Of a DNA stretch of 64,000 bases, positions 13,875 through 26,278 are shown piece by piece. Every line of letters begins with the position of its first letter. The stretch's first letter is position 1. This DNA comes from Bigelowiella natans CCMP2755 (taxonomy: Eukaryota; Protista; Cercozoa), in contig ADNK01001273.1 in the NCBI GenBank assembly GCA_000320545.1, positions 22,504-86,503 on the forward strand, read 5' to 3'. Made by a program: the position numbers and the translations under genes. Below the pieces are notes generated by a model. It was not told the DNA's origin, did not search any database, and was given only the letters and a program-made list of their open reading frames with translations.

Positions 13875-14210
13875 ATATATTATTTATAGATGTATATTAT
13901 ATACAAGAGAGAAGATTTCTCATCTCAAGATGCCGGACGTTGATATGATACCTGTTCTCTCTTTTTGCCCTATTTTTACTGGTTCTCGCGCAACGCAGGC
14001 TTGCGAGGCCGATCAGCAGGCTTTCATGAGAGCAATGAGTCCTATCGAGGAGGAGGGCGCGGTATTTGCGAGCGACTTGAAAGACCGCAAGGAGGGAGGG
14101 GAGGAGGAGGAGGAAAGGGCCCCAGGGACAAGGAGGAAATCGCAAGATCACGTAGCATTTTGCATATTATTCTTGTTTTGTGGTGAGATGGCGTTCACGT
14201 TCGGTGTGCA

Positions 14211-14250
<40 letters not shown>

Positions 14251-14480
14251 GGACACGACCATCATACAGCGGTCTCAGCAGCAGCAGCAGCAGTCGGGGT
14301 CAGGGTTAGGAGGACGTACCAGAGAAAAGGTTTGCTTGAAACGACGACTATGATGGATAGAAGAAGAAGAAGAAGATGATGATGATGATGATGATGCCTG
14401 GGTATAGACAATCTTGTCGTACTCGTGTTTTCATGCATGAAAACCCATCATATCACACTCGCACACATGTACGCACACCA

Positions 14481-14523
<43 letters not shown>

Positions 14524-14704
14524 CTGGTGTATATATACAACATATGTCTGTGTATGTGAATGATCATGGATCGGCAGGCAACTAGCAGCATTGGGAGCTT
14601 AAATGACGAGATGAAGGTAGCGACGGCAACAACCTGAATATGACTTGGGAGAATAACGTGTTTGAGATGTTCCATAATTTATGTAAATATATGTGTATTT
14701 GAGC

Positions 14705-14735
<31 letters not shown>

Positions 14736-15564
14736 CGCGCGCGTGTGGAAAAGATCGCCGATCCAGAGGAGCGTTATGATGCGTGGATGAAAAGAACAAT
14801 TCAGCTCACTCGCTTTGAGACAATGGCGATTGACCAAGGGTATAATCATCATCATCATCTTCTTCTTCTTCTTTTTCTGTTTTATCTCGTTCTTTTTCTT
14901 CTGCTTCATGATGATTCCGTCGGTCTCATGTATTGCAATAGCATGTATCGTATCTTCACCACCGTTCCTTACTGAATAATAACAACAACAACAACAATGC
15001 CAATATCAGCCCGTTCATGCTCATGCAGGAGACACCGGCGCAGCGCGTTGGATTTTGTAATGATTACCTGCATAAGTTAGCAACAAAAAACGAAGAAGCT
15101 GTCAAATATGATGTTGCTTTAGTGAATGTTGATGACATCATCGACGAAAACAAAGACGATGATAAACGACGACGATGACGACGACGATGATGATGATGAT
15201 GATGATGAAAATGGAAGAACTATAGGTAGAAAGATAGGTGGTAATATAGATGCTAGAGTATTCGGATGGGAGCCCCCAATCCCCTTCCAATGGACATTTG
15301 TTTGACTATCGTCGTTGTTGTCGTTGTTGTGGTTGTTGTTGTCTTTATTGTGGTGTCGGTGATGATCTTTAGTGATGTCGCTGCTGGGTTTAAATCAAGT
15401 GTTCGTTGTCAATCGAGGCAATCTACTCGGTGATTATAGCAAATAAGCAACAACAACAACGTACAATGTCATATTCTCAACATGATTTGATTATAATTGA
15501 AGGTGTGATATGTAAAGAGGACTTGTTTCAAAGCTCGACGAGCCCGCCGCATGTGGAACAATGA
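2651..15564 (+). CDS. ClC-family chloride channel with C-terminal CBS domains, channel-type (about 40 small exons)
   Basis: Spliced exons give GSGIPEMKSIL (~4612), PIGKEG|PLVH (~5180/5391), GVATCFGAPVGGVLFSIE|V (~5954/6359), PIPAG|CLTPVF (~9000/9141), VGAAALSS|GVTRSLSVTIIVFEVTG, SIFDLILRCRGLPHLP, CBS2 IDQG|PFML...VFVVNRGNLLG|VICKEDL, and TGA at 15562-15564. The start ATG at 2651 and the linker exons between 10650 and 14700 are less certain. Confidence 0.92.
10843..11018 (+). repeat. Intronic dispersed repeat, copy 1 (ClC intron)
   Basis: The core tcttctctcctgctctgttttgtttttttccccgcccaaaaacaacttctatttgtcttgtgcc matches 13505-13568 with about 8 mismatches. Both copies are flanked by (cat)n and (cct)n. 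Confidence 0.85.
13408..13605 (+). repeat. Intronic dispersed repeat, copy 2 (essentially a whole ClC intron)
   Basis: Homologous to 10843-11018. Confidence 0.85.
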
Positions 15565-15899
15565 CGATGATGATGATGATGATGATGATGTAGAACACAG
15601 GATAATAAGGAATTTAAGATTCACCTACTTCTAAATGATTTAATAAAATAGTATTAATAATAAATGTCCACAGTTTCAGCTTTATCGTACACTTTTCACT
15701 CAAATATACGTCGCTTCATTTTATTTGCGAGCAGTCAAAATTAAAGTAGTGCATTAGCTAGATTAGTCGTATATCACGGTCATTCCTTAATTTTAGCTAG
15801 TTTCTGTCGAATTATCTAGAATATGCCAGCGAAATAAACAGGAAAAATTATTAGCCGACAACAGTCGGAAGAAATGTAATAAATGGATGGATGTGCACA

Positions 15900-16480
15900 C
15901 AAAATGATGATTTTAACACAATCAGAGCCGCTCTTTATTTTAACATTGCTAGATTGACATGTTATGTGCTAGCGTGCTCTAGTGCTAGCTAGCTAGCGCT
16001 GACAAAATTAGATGCTTAGAGGGTCATCACATCAATTTTTAGGAGATGTACCGCCACATCTAGACATGTGCAAATATGAAGACTAAAAGAGAGCTTCGCG
16101 CTAGCTAGCTTGCTAGATGTCAGAGTGCGCGCGCACTTATTAGAAGTTTCAACAATGAAGACGACATTCTAATGATTCTAAATATATGGCTGTCACTGTC
16201 GACCACACGTACTCTAGTACTAGCAATAATGCTAGAATGCTCATGTCCATTCGTATATGGACTTAAAGATTCAACAAACAACTGACGGCGATCATGGATC
16301 GCAATGATGAGACCACGCGCCTCACAACCGCAGAAAAAACAAGTCGAGAAGCTGCGCGCAAAGCGCGACATGCTAGATCAAAACATGATGTATTCACATG
16401 CATGCGCCATGTGACCAAGGAAACAAACAGATACAATTTAAGCGCTGTAGCCGCTGCATTGCACAGCTACATTAGGATGA
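15900..16480. other. Partially TpA-depleted, CTAG-rich intergenic island
   Basis: (gcta)n runs at ~15985 and ~16100 and excess TG/CA. Lies between the convergent ClC and flavodoxin genes. Confidence 0.5.
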
Positions 16481-17005
16481 CCATTGAAAAAATTTAAATA
16501 TTTCATTACATCCGTCTCATATGGACTTAAAGTCCATATACCATCTATACAATATGCGTGTAACCAACCATTCGACTGGCGCTAGGCTGCTCTCAAGTAG
16601 ACTAACTACAGCATCTAGACAAAGGAATGTAAGCTAGGTGCGGATCGTACATCGTAATGGATCGATGTATTTATCTTAAGACATGATGTAGACGACTTGT
16701 AGTCCGCTTGCATTGTCATTAGAGATTAGAGAACGCTCTTCAGCAGTGACAGGGGCTTCATAAAATCACGCGCGTTGATCATAAAAGGAACAAGCTGCAT
16801 AATAACTAGATGATTGTTGCAGTGCGCACACATATAATTAAATTAACTCGCTGGCTGTTGATATTATCAACGACATTGTTGACCAACTTAAAGGCGGCAC
16901 ATACAATCAATCGTAGATACGTGCAAAATGCCTACACGTTTGCATCATTACCTTGTCCTCAAAGTGTAAAGATGTTTATCTCATCAAAGCCGCCCCCTTC
17001 GAACC

Positions 17006-17997
17006 CTACTTACAAAGTTTTGCGGCAACCTTGGTAACGTAAGATCCCTGGAAATTATGACGGAATGCACCACTCTCAATGACCGATGATATGATTGTAT
17101 TTGTGATCAATACCTGAAATTCGGCAATCTCAAGTTCGAGCTTAGAAGGTTCACGACTCCCATCTGCCCCGGCAAAGCAACCAGCGCCGTAGGGAGAGCC
17201 TCCATGAACCTCAGACATGTCGAATAGCTTCTTGCAAGCATATCCAATAGGAACGTAGATCATACCCTGGTATTAGGTGATGTTGAGTCTTATGCAACAT
17301 ATTATCTGCGGCCAAGAGAACTTTAAATTTCCTAATATTACGTGGTGGACGAGCTGCGTCACGAAGGTTAGATTTGTGGTTTCTTGGCCACCGCCTTGTG
17401 TTGCAGTGGAAACGAACATACTCGCAGGCTTGCCAACAAGAGCTCCCTTCATCCATAACCCGCCAGTGTGGTCGATCAGGGCCTTCATTTGGGTGGCAGC
17501 CATGCCGAAACGGGTGGGGATTCCGAAGATAATTGCGTCCGCGTCAGCGAGGTCTTGAGGTGTTGCAGCTTTGTGTTCAGCGTTCTTTTTCGGTGCTTTC
17601 ATCTTCTCGAGCACCTAAGCGAAGGTCGGATTAAAACAAAGGGATCTTTAGTTTTTTGTCCAAAGTATGGTTTAGGCTTAATTTTTGCCTCCTCAGAGAG
17701 CGTCTCTGGGGCGCGCATGATTGTCACCTGAACACATAGATCGAATGTCAAGCAATACGTAGTCACTCTTTCATTCGCAGATAATATTACCTTCCCCCCT
17801 GCAGCCTCAACACCCTTACCAACAGCGATTGCCATTTTCTCAATGTGCTTGTACATGCTGTAGTATACAATCTGAACAAAAGATAGAATGCGTTGGAGAG
17901 GAAGGGGGAGGAGGAACGTACACGTTCGAAAAAGGTGGCTAGGTTCTATGTCATTGATTACCAAAACTTTCGGGGATGTCTTGCTTTCTTCTGCCAT
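17006..17997 (-). CDS. WrbA-family flavodoxin-like NAD(P)H:quinone oxidoreductase
   Basis: [12 protein letters not shown]|[14 protein letters not shown]..., [52 protein letters not shown], stop at 17006. Introns are short (about 60-90 nt) and lack microsatellites. Confidence 0.95.
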
Positions 17998-18665
17998 GGT
18001 GAAACTTATTCTTCGACACGATACATGAAACAAAATCAACATGAAATGTCAGTAAGGCTACGATGCTGTCAAGATGTGAGTAGTTTTTGTGTAAAAAGAA
18101 AGCCTTTATGGTCGCTGGAACAAGTCAAAAAGGTTGCTCACAATTTTGCTTTCGATTTCTGGACACAAGCGAGAGGCCACTTCGAGTTATGCAAGCACAC
18201 GGAGGCAGGGTTGTAATAGAGCCTGACAAAGAGACCGTCTTTCGGTTCCGAAACACCAAAATGCATACCATTTCTAAGTAAAAATGCCCAGATTTCCCGG
18301 GTTCGAGTTCCAACAGACCGTGGATACTCTAAATTTGACAAGATAGGAATACAGATTCCACTTCCTTAGTCCTTCCTAAGCAAGCCGGTACATCCCGAGA
18401 GACTCCCCTGAGATATTGACACCAAGTTCTTAGTAATATCAGATATTTATGATCAATTAGCATGTCGTTGATCCAAGAACTATGCCATTTATCCTTTTTG
18501 TTTGCTTTGGATAAGTATGAGGAGGAACTTCGACAATCGCCTCTACGATCTTGACTTCGAAGCTTCGAACCAGTGAGGGAATGAGGAGCGGAATGCCGTA
18601 CTCTTTCGATTCGGCGTAACAAATAGTTGCATATAATTTCTAAAGGTCCTTATTTCTTACCCAGA
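17998..18665. promoter_or_regulatory. Divergent intergenic region, likely bidirectional promoter (flavodoxin / F-box-FIST)
   Basis: Head-to-head start codons about 670 bp apart. Positional inference only. Confidence 0.4.
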
Positions 18666-19907
18666 ATGGCCAAGAAAAGAACTGCTGTGGCCGTTGAAAT
18701 GGACAATCAAATGGGTTCGAACAATGGAAACGATAACAAAAAAGAGCTTGGGGAACTGCTACCATCTCCCCCCAAAAGAAGTAGAAATTTACCTCAAGGC
18801 CTTGATACCACTTCCTCACTCACTGTGAGGTTGGATTTGCAGCTTATAAATAAAGTTCTGAACTTCTTGGATAATAGATCCGCATCAAGAGTAAAAGCTA
18901 CTTGTCAGGTCTTTAATACGCTTGGCAAAAGAAGGCAGCAGTTTCCTCACTTCTCCGGGATCATTACTACGGGCCGACTTGATGAAGCTGTGAGAACTGC
19001 GAAAGGGTTAAACAACTCTAAGAAGTATAATCTAGAGCAAAAAGAGCCCCCAAACATCGTATGTGCGTTTCTCCAGAGAAATACCTCGGTAACACCGTCC
19101 AAAATTGCAGAAAGGTTTCCCAATGCGTCGATTTTCGGGTGCTACAATGTTGGTGTCCTCGGAGTGAACGAAGCAGGGTCTGGTACAATCGAAATTGAAG
19201 AAGAAGAAGAAGAAGAAGAAGAAGGAGACTGTCTTTCCGGGGCAGCAGCATTGACCTGGGGTTTCATCCCCGACTCGACCATAAAGACGATTTTCTTGTC
19301 GGAAGAGGACCTTCAAGCTGATCTCAAGCATGTTAGTAACCTACTCGTAAAGGCTAGCAAAACAGTCACCACTTGGAAAGGCTTTGTTCTTTGTGTACCC
19401 CCACAGTTTTCGGCAGAGGGTATCGAATGTTTTTTGGGAACATTGCGACAGGTACAACCTCTTGCAAAAGTGTGTGGGGGTATCTCTACCAGGGAAGAAA
19501 TTTTTGGGGGTCATGGAGACACTATCACAATAACTAAAGAGCGCTGTGCACTTATGTGCATTGCTGGCCGTGTTGATTTCGACTGCATCACATGTCGTAG
19601 TAAGGACGTCAAGTCAGCACTGGTACGCACAAAAAAGTCCCTGCATGATGCAGGTAAAGAGGTAATTGGAAGCCTCCTTTTCACTTGCTGCGGTCGGGGA
19701 GAAGAATTTCACCTCGAAAGGCACTTTGAGTCACAGCAGTATTGGGATCAGGTTGGCCCTGCTCCTATCAATGGCATATTTGCCGGCGGAGAAATTGGAC
19801 CAAGCAGTCGTCGTAGCAATAGAGCTCATGTTCAAGGATACACTGCAGTGTATGCGGTGTTCTCCATTGAAAAGGACCTTATGAGTGGCAGATCATCAAC
19901 AAAATGA
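18666..19907 (+). CDS. F-box plus FIST-domain protein (FBXO22-like), intronless
   Basis: F-box-like LDLQLINKVLNFLDNRSASRVKATCQVFN; FIST_C motifs LLFTCCGRG, GIFAGGEIGP, QGYTAVYAVF. Confidence 0.88.
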   Translation: MAKKRTAVAVEMDNQMGSNNGNDNKKELGELLPSPPKRSRNLPQGLDTTSSLTVRLDLQLINKVLNFLDNRSASRVKATCQVFNTLGKRRQQFPHFSGIITTGRLDEAVRTAKGLNNSKKYNLEQKEPPNIVCAFLQRNTSVTPSKIAERFPNASIFGCYNVGVLGVNEAGSGTIEIEEEEEEEEEGDCLSGAAALTWGFIPDSTIKTIFLSEEDLQADLKHVSNLLVKASKTVTTWKGFVLCVPPQFSAEGIECFLGTLRQVQPLAKVCGGISTREEIFGGHGDTITITKERCALMCIAGRVDFDCITCRSKDVKSALVRTKKSLHDAGKEVIGSLLFTCCGRGEEFHLERHFESQQYWDQVGPAPINGIFAGGEIGPSSRRSNRAHVQGYTAVYAVFSIEKDLMSGRSSTK

Positions 19908-19984
19908 TTCATAGGATGATATCATTCTACGCTTTCTCTGTCGAAGAATAGACGAAGCGCAACACAATGCAAAGTAAGCTACAT

Positions 19985-20900
19985 GTGCACATTCATTGCA
20001 GCAGGCATCGAGACGTCATCGTCACCATGCTTCTATACTCCTCAATCATGCTAGCATGTGTGCGCATGGGTGATGTGTCATTTTCTCATTGCATGCATGT
20101 GTGCATCTAGATTTGTCTGGCTAGCAGGGTGTGTAACGTGTACGTGGATCAACATGGCGCAGCGCATACCTGCCTAGCGGCCTGCTGTGTCCATCTAGCA
20201 TGGGTGTGGAGCGAGAGTGCACCTTTTTCGTGTCTTCATTTGATGCCTCTAACTAGCTAGGCCTGCTGGCTAGCTGGTCTAGCTAGCTAGCTTCCAACTT
20301 CTCCAGCTGCTAGCTCGTTCTGCTGCGATCATTGCTTGCCTCCAGGCCTGTGCGCACACTAGCGAGTGTTGTCGTCATCAGTGTGCGGCCTGGCCCATGC
20401 TAGCATGACAACGTGCGTCTAGTTGGACGTCATCACTGCACGACGTCTAGACGAGTCAGTCTGTGATCATGCATGACTGCAGATGATCCTGCTCGCCTGC
20501 TCGCGCGCAGCACTGCAATGCAAGCATGCACTCACAGCTGCAGCTGTTCTGTGGTCATTGTCATTTTCACGCATGGATGGCGCCCATCAATCGCATGCTG
20601 TGTCATATCAGCCATTGACCAGGTTATTGCTTGTTGGTTTGTCAGTCCTGGAGCCCAGGTAACAACCTAGCCAGCTGGCCAGCGCAGCACGTTCTGCTGG
20701 TCGATCTGGCGTTCACTGCAATCACTTGGCGAGCAAAAAATGCACACACTTTCGCCAAACAATGAGACTAACGAGGAGAGTGACAGGTTCATTTCGTCCG
20801 AGGAAGAACAAACGACGACGACGACGACGCCTTCGTGTCGTCGATCGAATCCAACGACCGTGCCAGCGTGTTTGTTGCTTGGTGTCCGACGCTGATCATT
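19985..20900. other. TpA-depleted, CTAG-retaining island (probable hypermutated repeat)
   Basis: Hand count over 20252-20605: 11 TpA, all within CTAG. Confidence 0.8.
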
Positions 20901-21672
20901 GCTAGATTGAGCGATGTGAATGAACGAAGCACGTGTTTTTAATGATTGGTGGCACCGCCCTCTTCACAGACCCCGAAATCAACGCCCGAGGAGAGTTTTT
21001 AGCGTCCAAGAACCCCTGGTGCAATGAACCAACCCCGACAACCCTGTCCCTGACCCCAAGCAGGAATCTGCTCTTGGAGGAGGCAAAAATGCATGGGGAT
21101 CCTTGAAAGCTGCAGACTGAACATGTTGTCGCAAGCATATATATTGGTCATCACCCTTCCAGTCTTGTCGCAGGACCAAAAGATCCTGCAGTCATGGCAA
21201 CGAAAAAAAGAAGATAAAAAAGGAGAATTTGTTGGTACGGAAAGATTAGGACAGACGTGGTCGAGGGCGAGTCCCAAGTCGCATGGGTGCGATTGGAGGA
21301 GGTTTTTCTTCGAATTCACAGCACTTTCTGCCAAACCGATAAGGATAGCCGCCTACTCACAACGCTTGCTGACAAGTAAACCCTGTTCGGTGGTGACCGT
21401 GCCACTTCGGCATACCGGAGAGTAGGGGGGAGAGAGAAAGAGGGGAGAGCAGGCGGGGATTAGATACCAAGAGAAGGAAGGGGGGGGGGAAGAGGGGAAT
21501 GGGGGGGAGAGAGTGGTGTGAGAAGGATGAGATCTCCATCAAGAAGAAGGGGTATGATGAGTATCAGATCCGGGAATATGAATCACTTACTTTCCTCCTC
21601 CTCCTCCTCCTCCTCCTCCTCCTCCTCCTCCTCCTTCTCCTTCTTCTTATAGGCAACAGAAGGGAGGAAGAT

Positions 21673-24215
21673 ATGCCTCAGATTACTGTGGAAAATTCGG
21701 TGGGCATTCGTACGCCACTCCTCGCGAAGAAAGATGGCGGAACCTGTAGTGTCGTCCGGCGGAGAGGCCCGATTCCGCAAGGGACTTTGGTGTCCACATC
21801 GGTGGCAATTTCTCTCATCCTCTGCATCACTGTTTCAATCTACACTGGTGCGCCGGGGGATATTCCTGAGATTCCAGATCCTGTCCCCCTTCCAGTGAAG
21901 GGCAGCAGCAACGGCGGCCTCTTTCACGGAACGTTCCCCACTCAACAAGAAGCTCTGCAACCAGAGCCCTCACCATTCGTTATCTACGACAGGGATGGCT
22001 CTAGAATCACCCTATTCGGATACAAGTTTGATGGCGCATATGCTATGAAGAAGACTATTTGTCCTACCATTGGAACGGTGCTAGCCACCCTGCTTGCCTT
22101 CGCCCCCTTAGCAGCTATTCGTAAGGCCAAAGAAATCAAGGTGACGAGTAACAACTAGGAGTGGCAAGACTTCGAAACGTTGAGGGAACAAAGACAATAA
22201 AGAGACTAGTGCCTGGCGCTGCCTTTTTTGATACACAGCGCTATTTTACCTTCATTCTTGAGATACTGTAAGTTTACTTCTACTTCACAATTATAATCAA
22301 TATTTGCAATAACAGGCCTTGACAACAAATCCTGCTCCTTACCCTGCGATGTTCGCGAACGCTACCAACTGGGTTGCGTACTCTTTCATCATCAAGGATG
22401 CTTTCGTCTTCATCGGAAATCTCCCGGGAGTGGTATGTTATATGTTCTTGAAGTGTATAACAGTCGCCACTTGATGACGAAATGGCTGATTTTCTCCTCC
22501 TCATTCCATTCCATAGCGTGATTTCTCACGAATATTCAACTCTTGTCACCATTGCCACCATTGTCATCATCATCATCATCACTATCACTATCACAATCAT
22601 CACCACAGGTAATGGGATTATACTACACAATATCGGCGTTCGATGTATCACAAAACAAGGACCACAGGAGAGTGGTAGGGCAGCACGCAACCCACCCTAA
22701 CCAACACTCTAATAGTTCCGAAAGGAAGTAGAGAAGATGGGGATTTTATTATTGATAGAAAAAGAAATTCATGTTACAGAAGATGGGTCTGTCTTCCTCA
22801 TCGAAAGGAAATTTATGTTTGTCACCCATTACCCGTAGGTGCGGCATCTGGTATATGGGTATGCTCTTGCCTTCCCACTGCTAGCAGCTCTACTTGCAAT
22901 CTTCATGAAGAATGAGCAGGTATTGTTCTTCACTCTACTACTGCTGATACTGCGACGAAGAACAAAGTGAACAACCCCTCCATCCTGTCCTGACTTGACT
23001 GACTGATCTCCACATTGCTGCCATAATCGGCATTCTCCTCTTGTTTAGATGACGCAATACGTGATCGCGAACTTCAGCATGGCGTTCCTCATCGCGTTCT
23101 ATGGTTCACCCCTCCTCGAAGCTCAGAACGTCATCGCGAAGAAAAATTCTTCGTGCTTAGATGCTCGGTAGGGAAGATCCGTAGCAGTTTAGCCTCAGGC
23201 AACCAGAAACTCGTGGTGGTGTGAGGTGGTGTTTCGTCGACGATGGGGGCATGATAGTGAGAGATTATGGAGAGTATCACCATGCTTCTTTGTCTGCCAA
23301 CATCATCATCATCATGAGTGACCGTCGTATTCTTTGTTTCAAAACGCATCCAGGCTCGCATGGTGCAGTCTTGCAAACGCTGCGATGTGGCTGATTTACG
23401 GATTTGCCCTCGGCGACTTCTGCATATGGTTTCCGAACCTTCTGGGAGCGATCCTGGTCGTTTTTATCATCACAAGTTTCATTATTTAGATAGTATTCTG
23501 CTGTCACGGCTCTCCAACCTCCAAAGCGGCAAACCCAGTCTTACACAATGCGCGTGGTATTTGCGAATACTTAACTGCATTCCCCCCCTTTCTGTTGTTC
23601 CTCCTCCTCCTCCTCCTCCTCGTCCCCCCCCCCCTTAGGCTTCTATCCAACTTGGCCTAAAATGGATGTACCCCAGTACGCAACTGGACGACATGAACGT
23701 CGCTGAGACCCTGGTACGCTCTCGGTGCATGTATGTATGGGTAGTAGCAGAAGATTTTGAGGTACTGAGGCAGCTGCAGCCAGCTGTGTGTGATATGTGA
23801 TATTTACATATCGTCTCCACCGTGTAAACTGCAGAGAGGGATGGATGGAGGACTCATTAGTTGCGTTGATGTACGACTGTGTGTGCTCGTCCCCCCTCCT
23901 CCCCCTCCCCCCCCGTTCCCCGTTCCCCGTTCCCCGTGTCCCCCCACCATCCAGATCTACAAGCCTGGAAGTCCCGAGAACTGTAAGTCGACTAAAGTTC
24001 CAAGTGCGCTAACAGCATCCGGTCCAATCGTGCAGGAATACGTATCCGGGGTCCTTCTCCCTGTGCTCAAAGCGCTTGAATTACCGGAGGAGAACGAATT
24101 GATCTCATACATCCAAGGTGGGGGGGAGTGGGAGGAATGATGGTGCAGGAATTAAACCCAGTAACAGTCATAACGATAACGATGAGCCTGAGACTGTGGC
24201 TCAGGCAAAAGCAAG

Positions 24216-24253
<38 letters not shown>

Positions 24254-25504
24254 ATCCTCCTGCCCTACCCCTACTATTATTGCTACCATAGCTGGTTGTT
24301 GCTGTTGTTTGGTTGCTTGCACGTTTGATCTCTCGTCGTCGTGATAGGCTCACTAAAGAATAAGCAGAAGCTTGCTAGCGTGCAGGAGGTGTTAGAGAAT
24401 AACGGCAGAAAGGAGAGGCACTTCGATGCCAAGGCCAGATTTGTAAGTGAAACCCTCTCCCTCCCTCCCCTCCCCTCATTCCTCCCTCTCCCCCCGCCTC
24501 CCTCCTGCCTCCCGAATCTTCGCATGCGACACGCTGATATTGGCGATTTATCGCCCTGCCACAGGTGACCGACCGCAAGTTTCAGTGGAGTCATGGCGGG
24601 TCTTTCTTAGTGGAGGAGCAGGTCGGGCGGGAAAAGAGCCGCACAGGGTTCCGCCAGATCATATCGAAGGAACTTCAAGTCAATCCAAGGGTAACATTAT
24701 CACCCGTTCGGCACCACCCCTCGTCGTTGTGACGTTCGCCATCATCAACATTTTTATCGCTCATGCCGCCGTCATCTGTTCTCCCCGTTTATCTCATTAT
24801 CCATATTGAGAATGACATGACAATCGGTATTGTCGGTTCCGGCGTGATTTGTTGATGTGATGATGATGATAACGCTGCCATTAGGCAATCGTCTCCGGGA
24901 AGAAGGTAGCATTCTGTGTGACGGACAAGTACGGTGTCATCCAGTCTTGCAGCGAGAAGTTCCTGCAGATGACAGGCTACAGGTATATGCGGGAGCGAAA
25001 CTAATTAAATTCAAAACTTCATCCTCCTCCCCCTCCTGTTCAGTGGAGTAAGTTGCATTTCTCCCCGTTTTCCAACGCTGATGACTCTCCCCGATCTTGC
25101 AAAAACCAATGACTTCGAATGTTACTGTAATAGCGACGATATGAATGGTCGTTGCTGACAATAATTGTGTTTCTGGCTCCTGTCTCTCCTGCTGTCATCT
25201 CGCAGCCTCTACGAAGTGTGCGGAGTGAACTGCAACTTTCTTCAAAGGTGGTGGTGATGGTGGTGGCGGCGGTGGACGTTCCCTGAGTTGCTTTCAAATG
25301 AAGCAACGATAGAAATGATTATAACGGACTTCTAATTGCTGCTGAAGTTGGTGGTTGTCTGATTCTTGCGATATGTATGATGATGATGATGATGTTATTG
25401 ATGTTGTCATTCTTTTGTGTTGTCAGGGACGCCAAGGGTGTGAACAGAACCGACCCTCTAGCCATCCAGGTCAATGAACACACTTGTATTCAGCATATTT
25501 GTGC

Positions 25505-25545
<41 letters not shown>

Positions 25546-26278
25546 TGTGTATGTGTGTGTGTATGTGATATCCTTTGTTGAAAGTGATTTCCTTGGAAGA
25601 TGAGACGACGATGTTGTTTCTTTCCATTCTTCTCTCCATCATCAGCTTCAATCATCATCGTCATCATTTCCATGAATTTGACGGGCATCACCCTCATTAC
25701 GACAACTTTCAACTTTCCCCATCAGGCCCTCCGCGAAGCAATTGAAAACGGCGAGGAGCACCACACGGTACAGCAGCAGCAGCAGCTGTAGTAGTAGTAG
25801 TGGTAGTAGTAGTGGTAGTAGTAGGTAGATTCAACTGCTGAAAAAATAACAAGGTTGTCCTTATCATCATCCATCATCCATTGTCATCATTATCGTTATC
25901 ATGAAAACTATAACGACTGAAGCTAACGAACGATTAGAAGATTTCTTTATGAACAATGGCCTACTATGATGGTGGCGATGATGATAATGTTGATGATGAT
26001 GATCAGGTGTTGTATAACCACACCAAATGGGGAACGCCCTTCTGGAATCTCTTACATCTCTACCCTCTCAAGAATGCTGGAGTCGTTGACCGGTGAGTAA
26101 GTACTGCATAGCTAGCTGCAGGGCGTGAGTGTATGTCATGGATGATGATTGTAAGACATGTGATGGTTCATTTTTCAGGTACATCGGTGTGCAAGAGAAA
26201 ATCGACGACAAGGAGGCTCAGGAGTTAGGGGGTAAAATAGCCTGGAATTTCGAAGTTCCGCCAAGAGTGGCTGCTTAG
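21673..26278 (+). CDS. SWEET (MtN3/saliva) sugar transporter fused to a C-terminal LOV (PAS) photosensor domain, about 607 aa
   Basis: 16 GT-AG exons with consistent phases: 21673-22140, 22316-22432, 22609-22674, 22839-22919, 23049-23167, 23354-23456, 23639-23713, 23955-24117, 24348-24442, 24565-24690, 24885-24982, 25206-25247, 25427-25469, 25726-25767, 26007-26092, 26179-26278. Two MtN3 repeats (APL..NPAPY..NWVAY..GNLPG; YGSPL..MWLIYG..PNLLG) are followed by LOV (FLQMTGYSLYEVCGVNCNFLQ...LREAI...LYNHTKWGTPFWN...YIGVQ). An acceptor at 21652 implies a further upstream exon. Confidence 0.9.

Larger units (their letters stand above)
3880..15600. repeat. Dense intronic microsatellites ((gt)n, (ga)n, (ta)n, (cat)n, (cct)n, (ctt)n, (agt)n, and the 12-mer (ttgctgttattg)n at 5658-5735); also in the SWEET-LOV, DHHC and SPRY introns
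   Basis: Directly visible in most ClC introns. They are the source of the homopolymeric ORFs in the track. Confidence 0.95.

Noticed and set aside
3880-15200. Many ORFs with poly-I/M/L/H, CV or ER repeats
   Set aside because: They are translations of intronic microsatellites. The real coding sequence is the spliced ClC exons.
17006-26278. Functional link between the FMN-binding flavodoxin and the nearby LOV gene
   Set aside because: Proximity only. They are separated by an unrelated gene and a repeat island.
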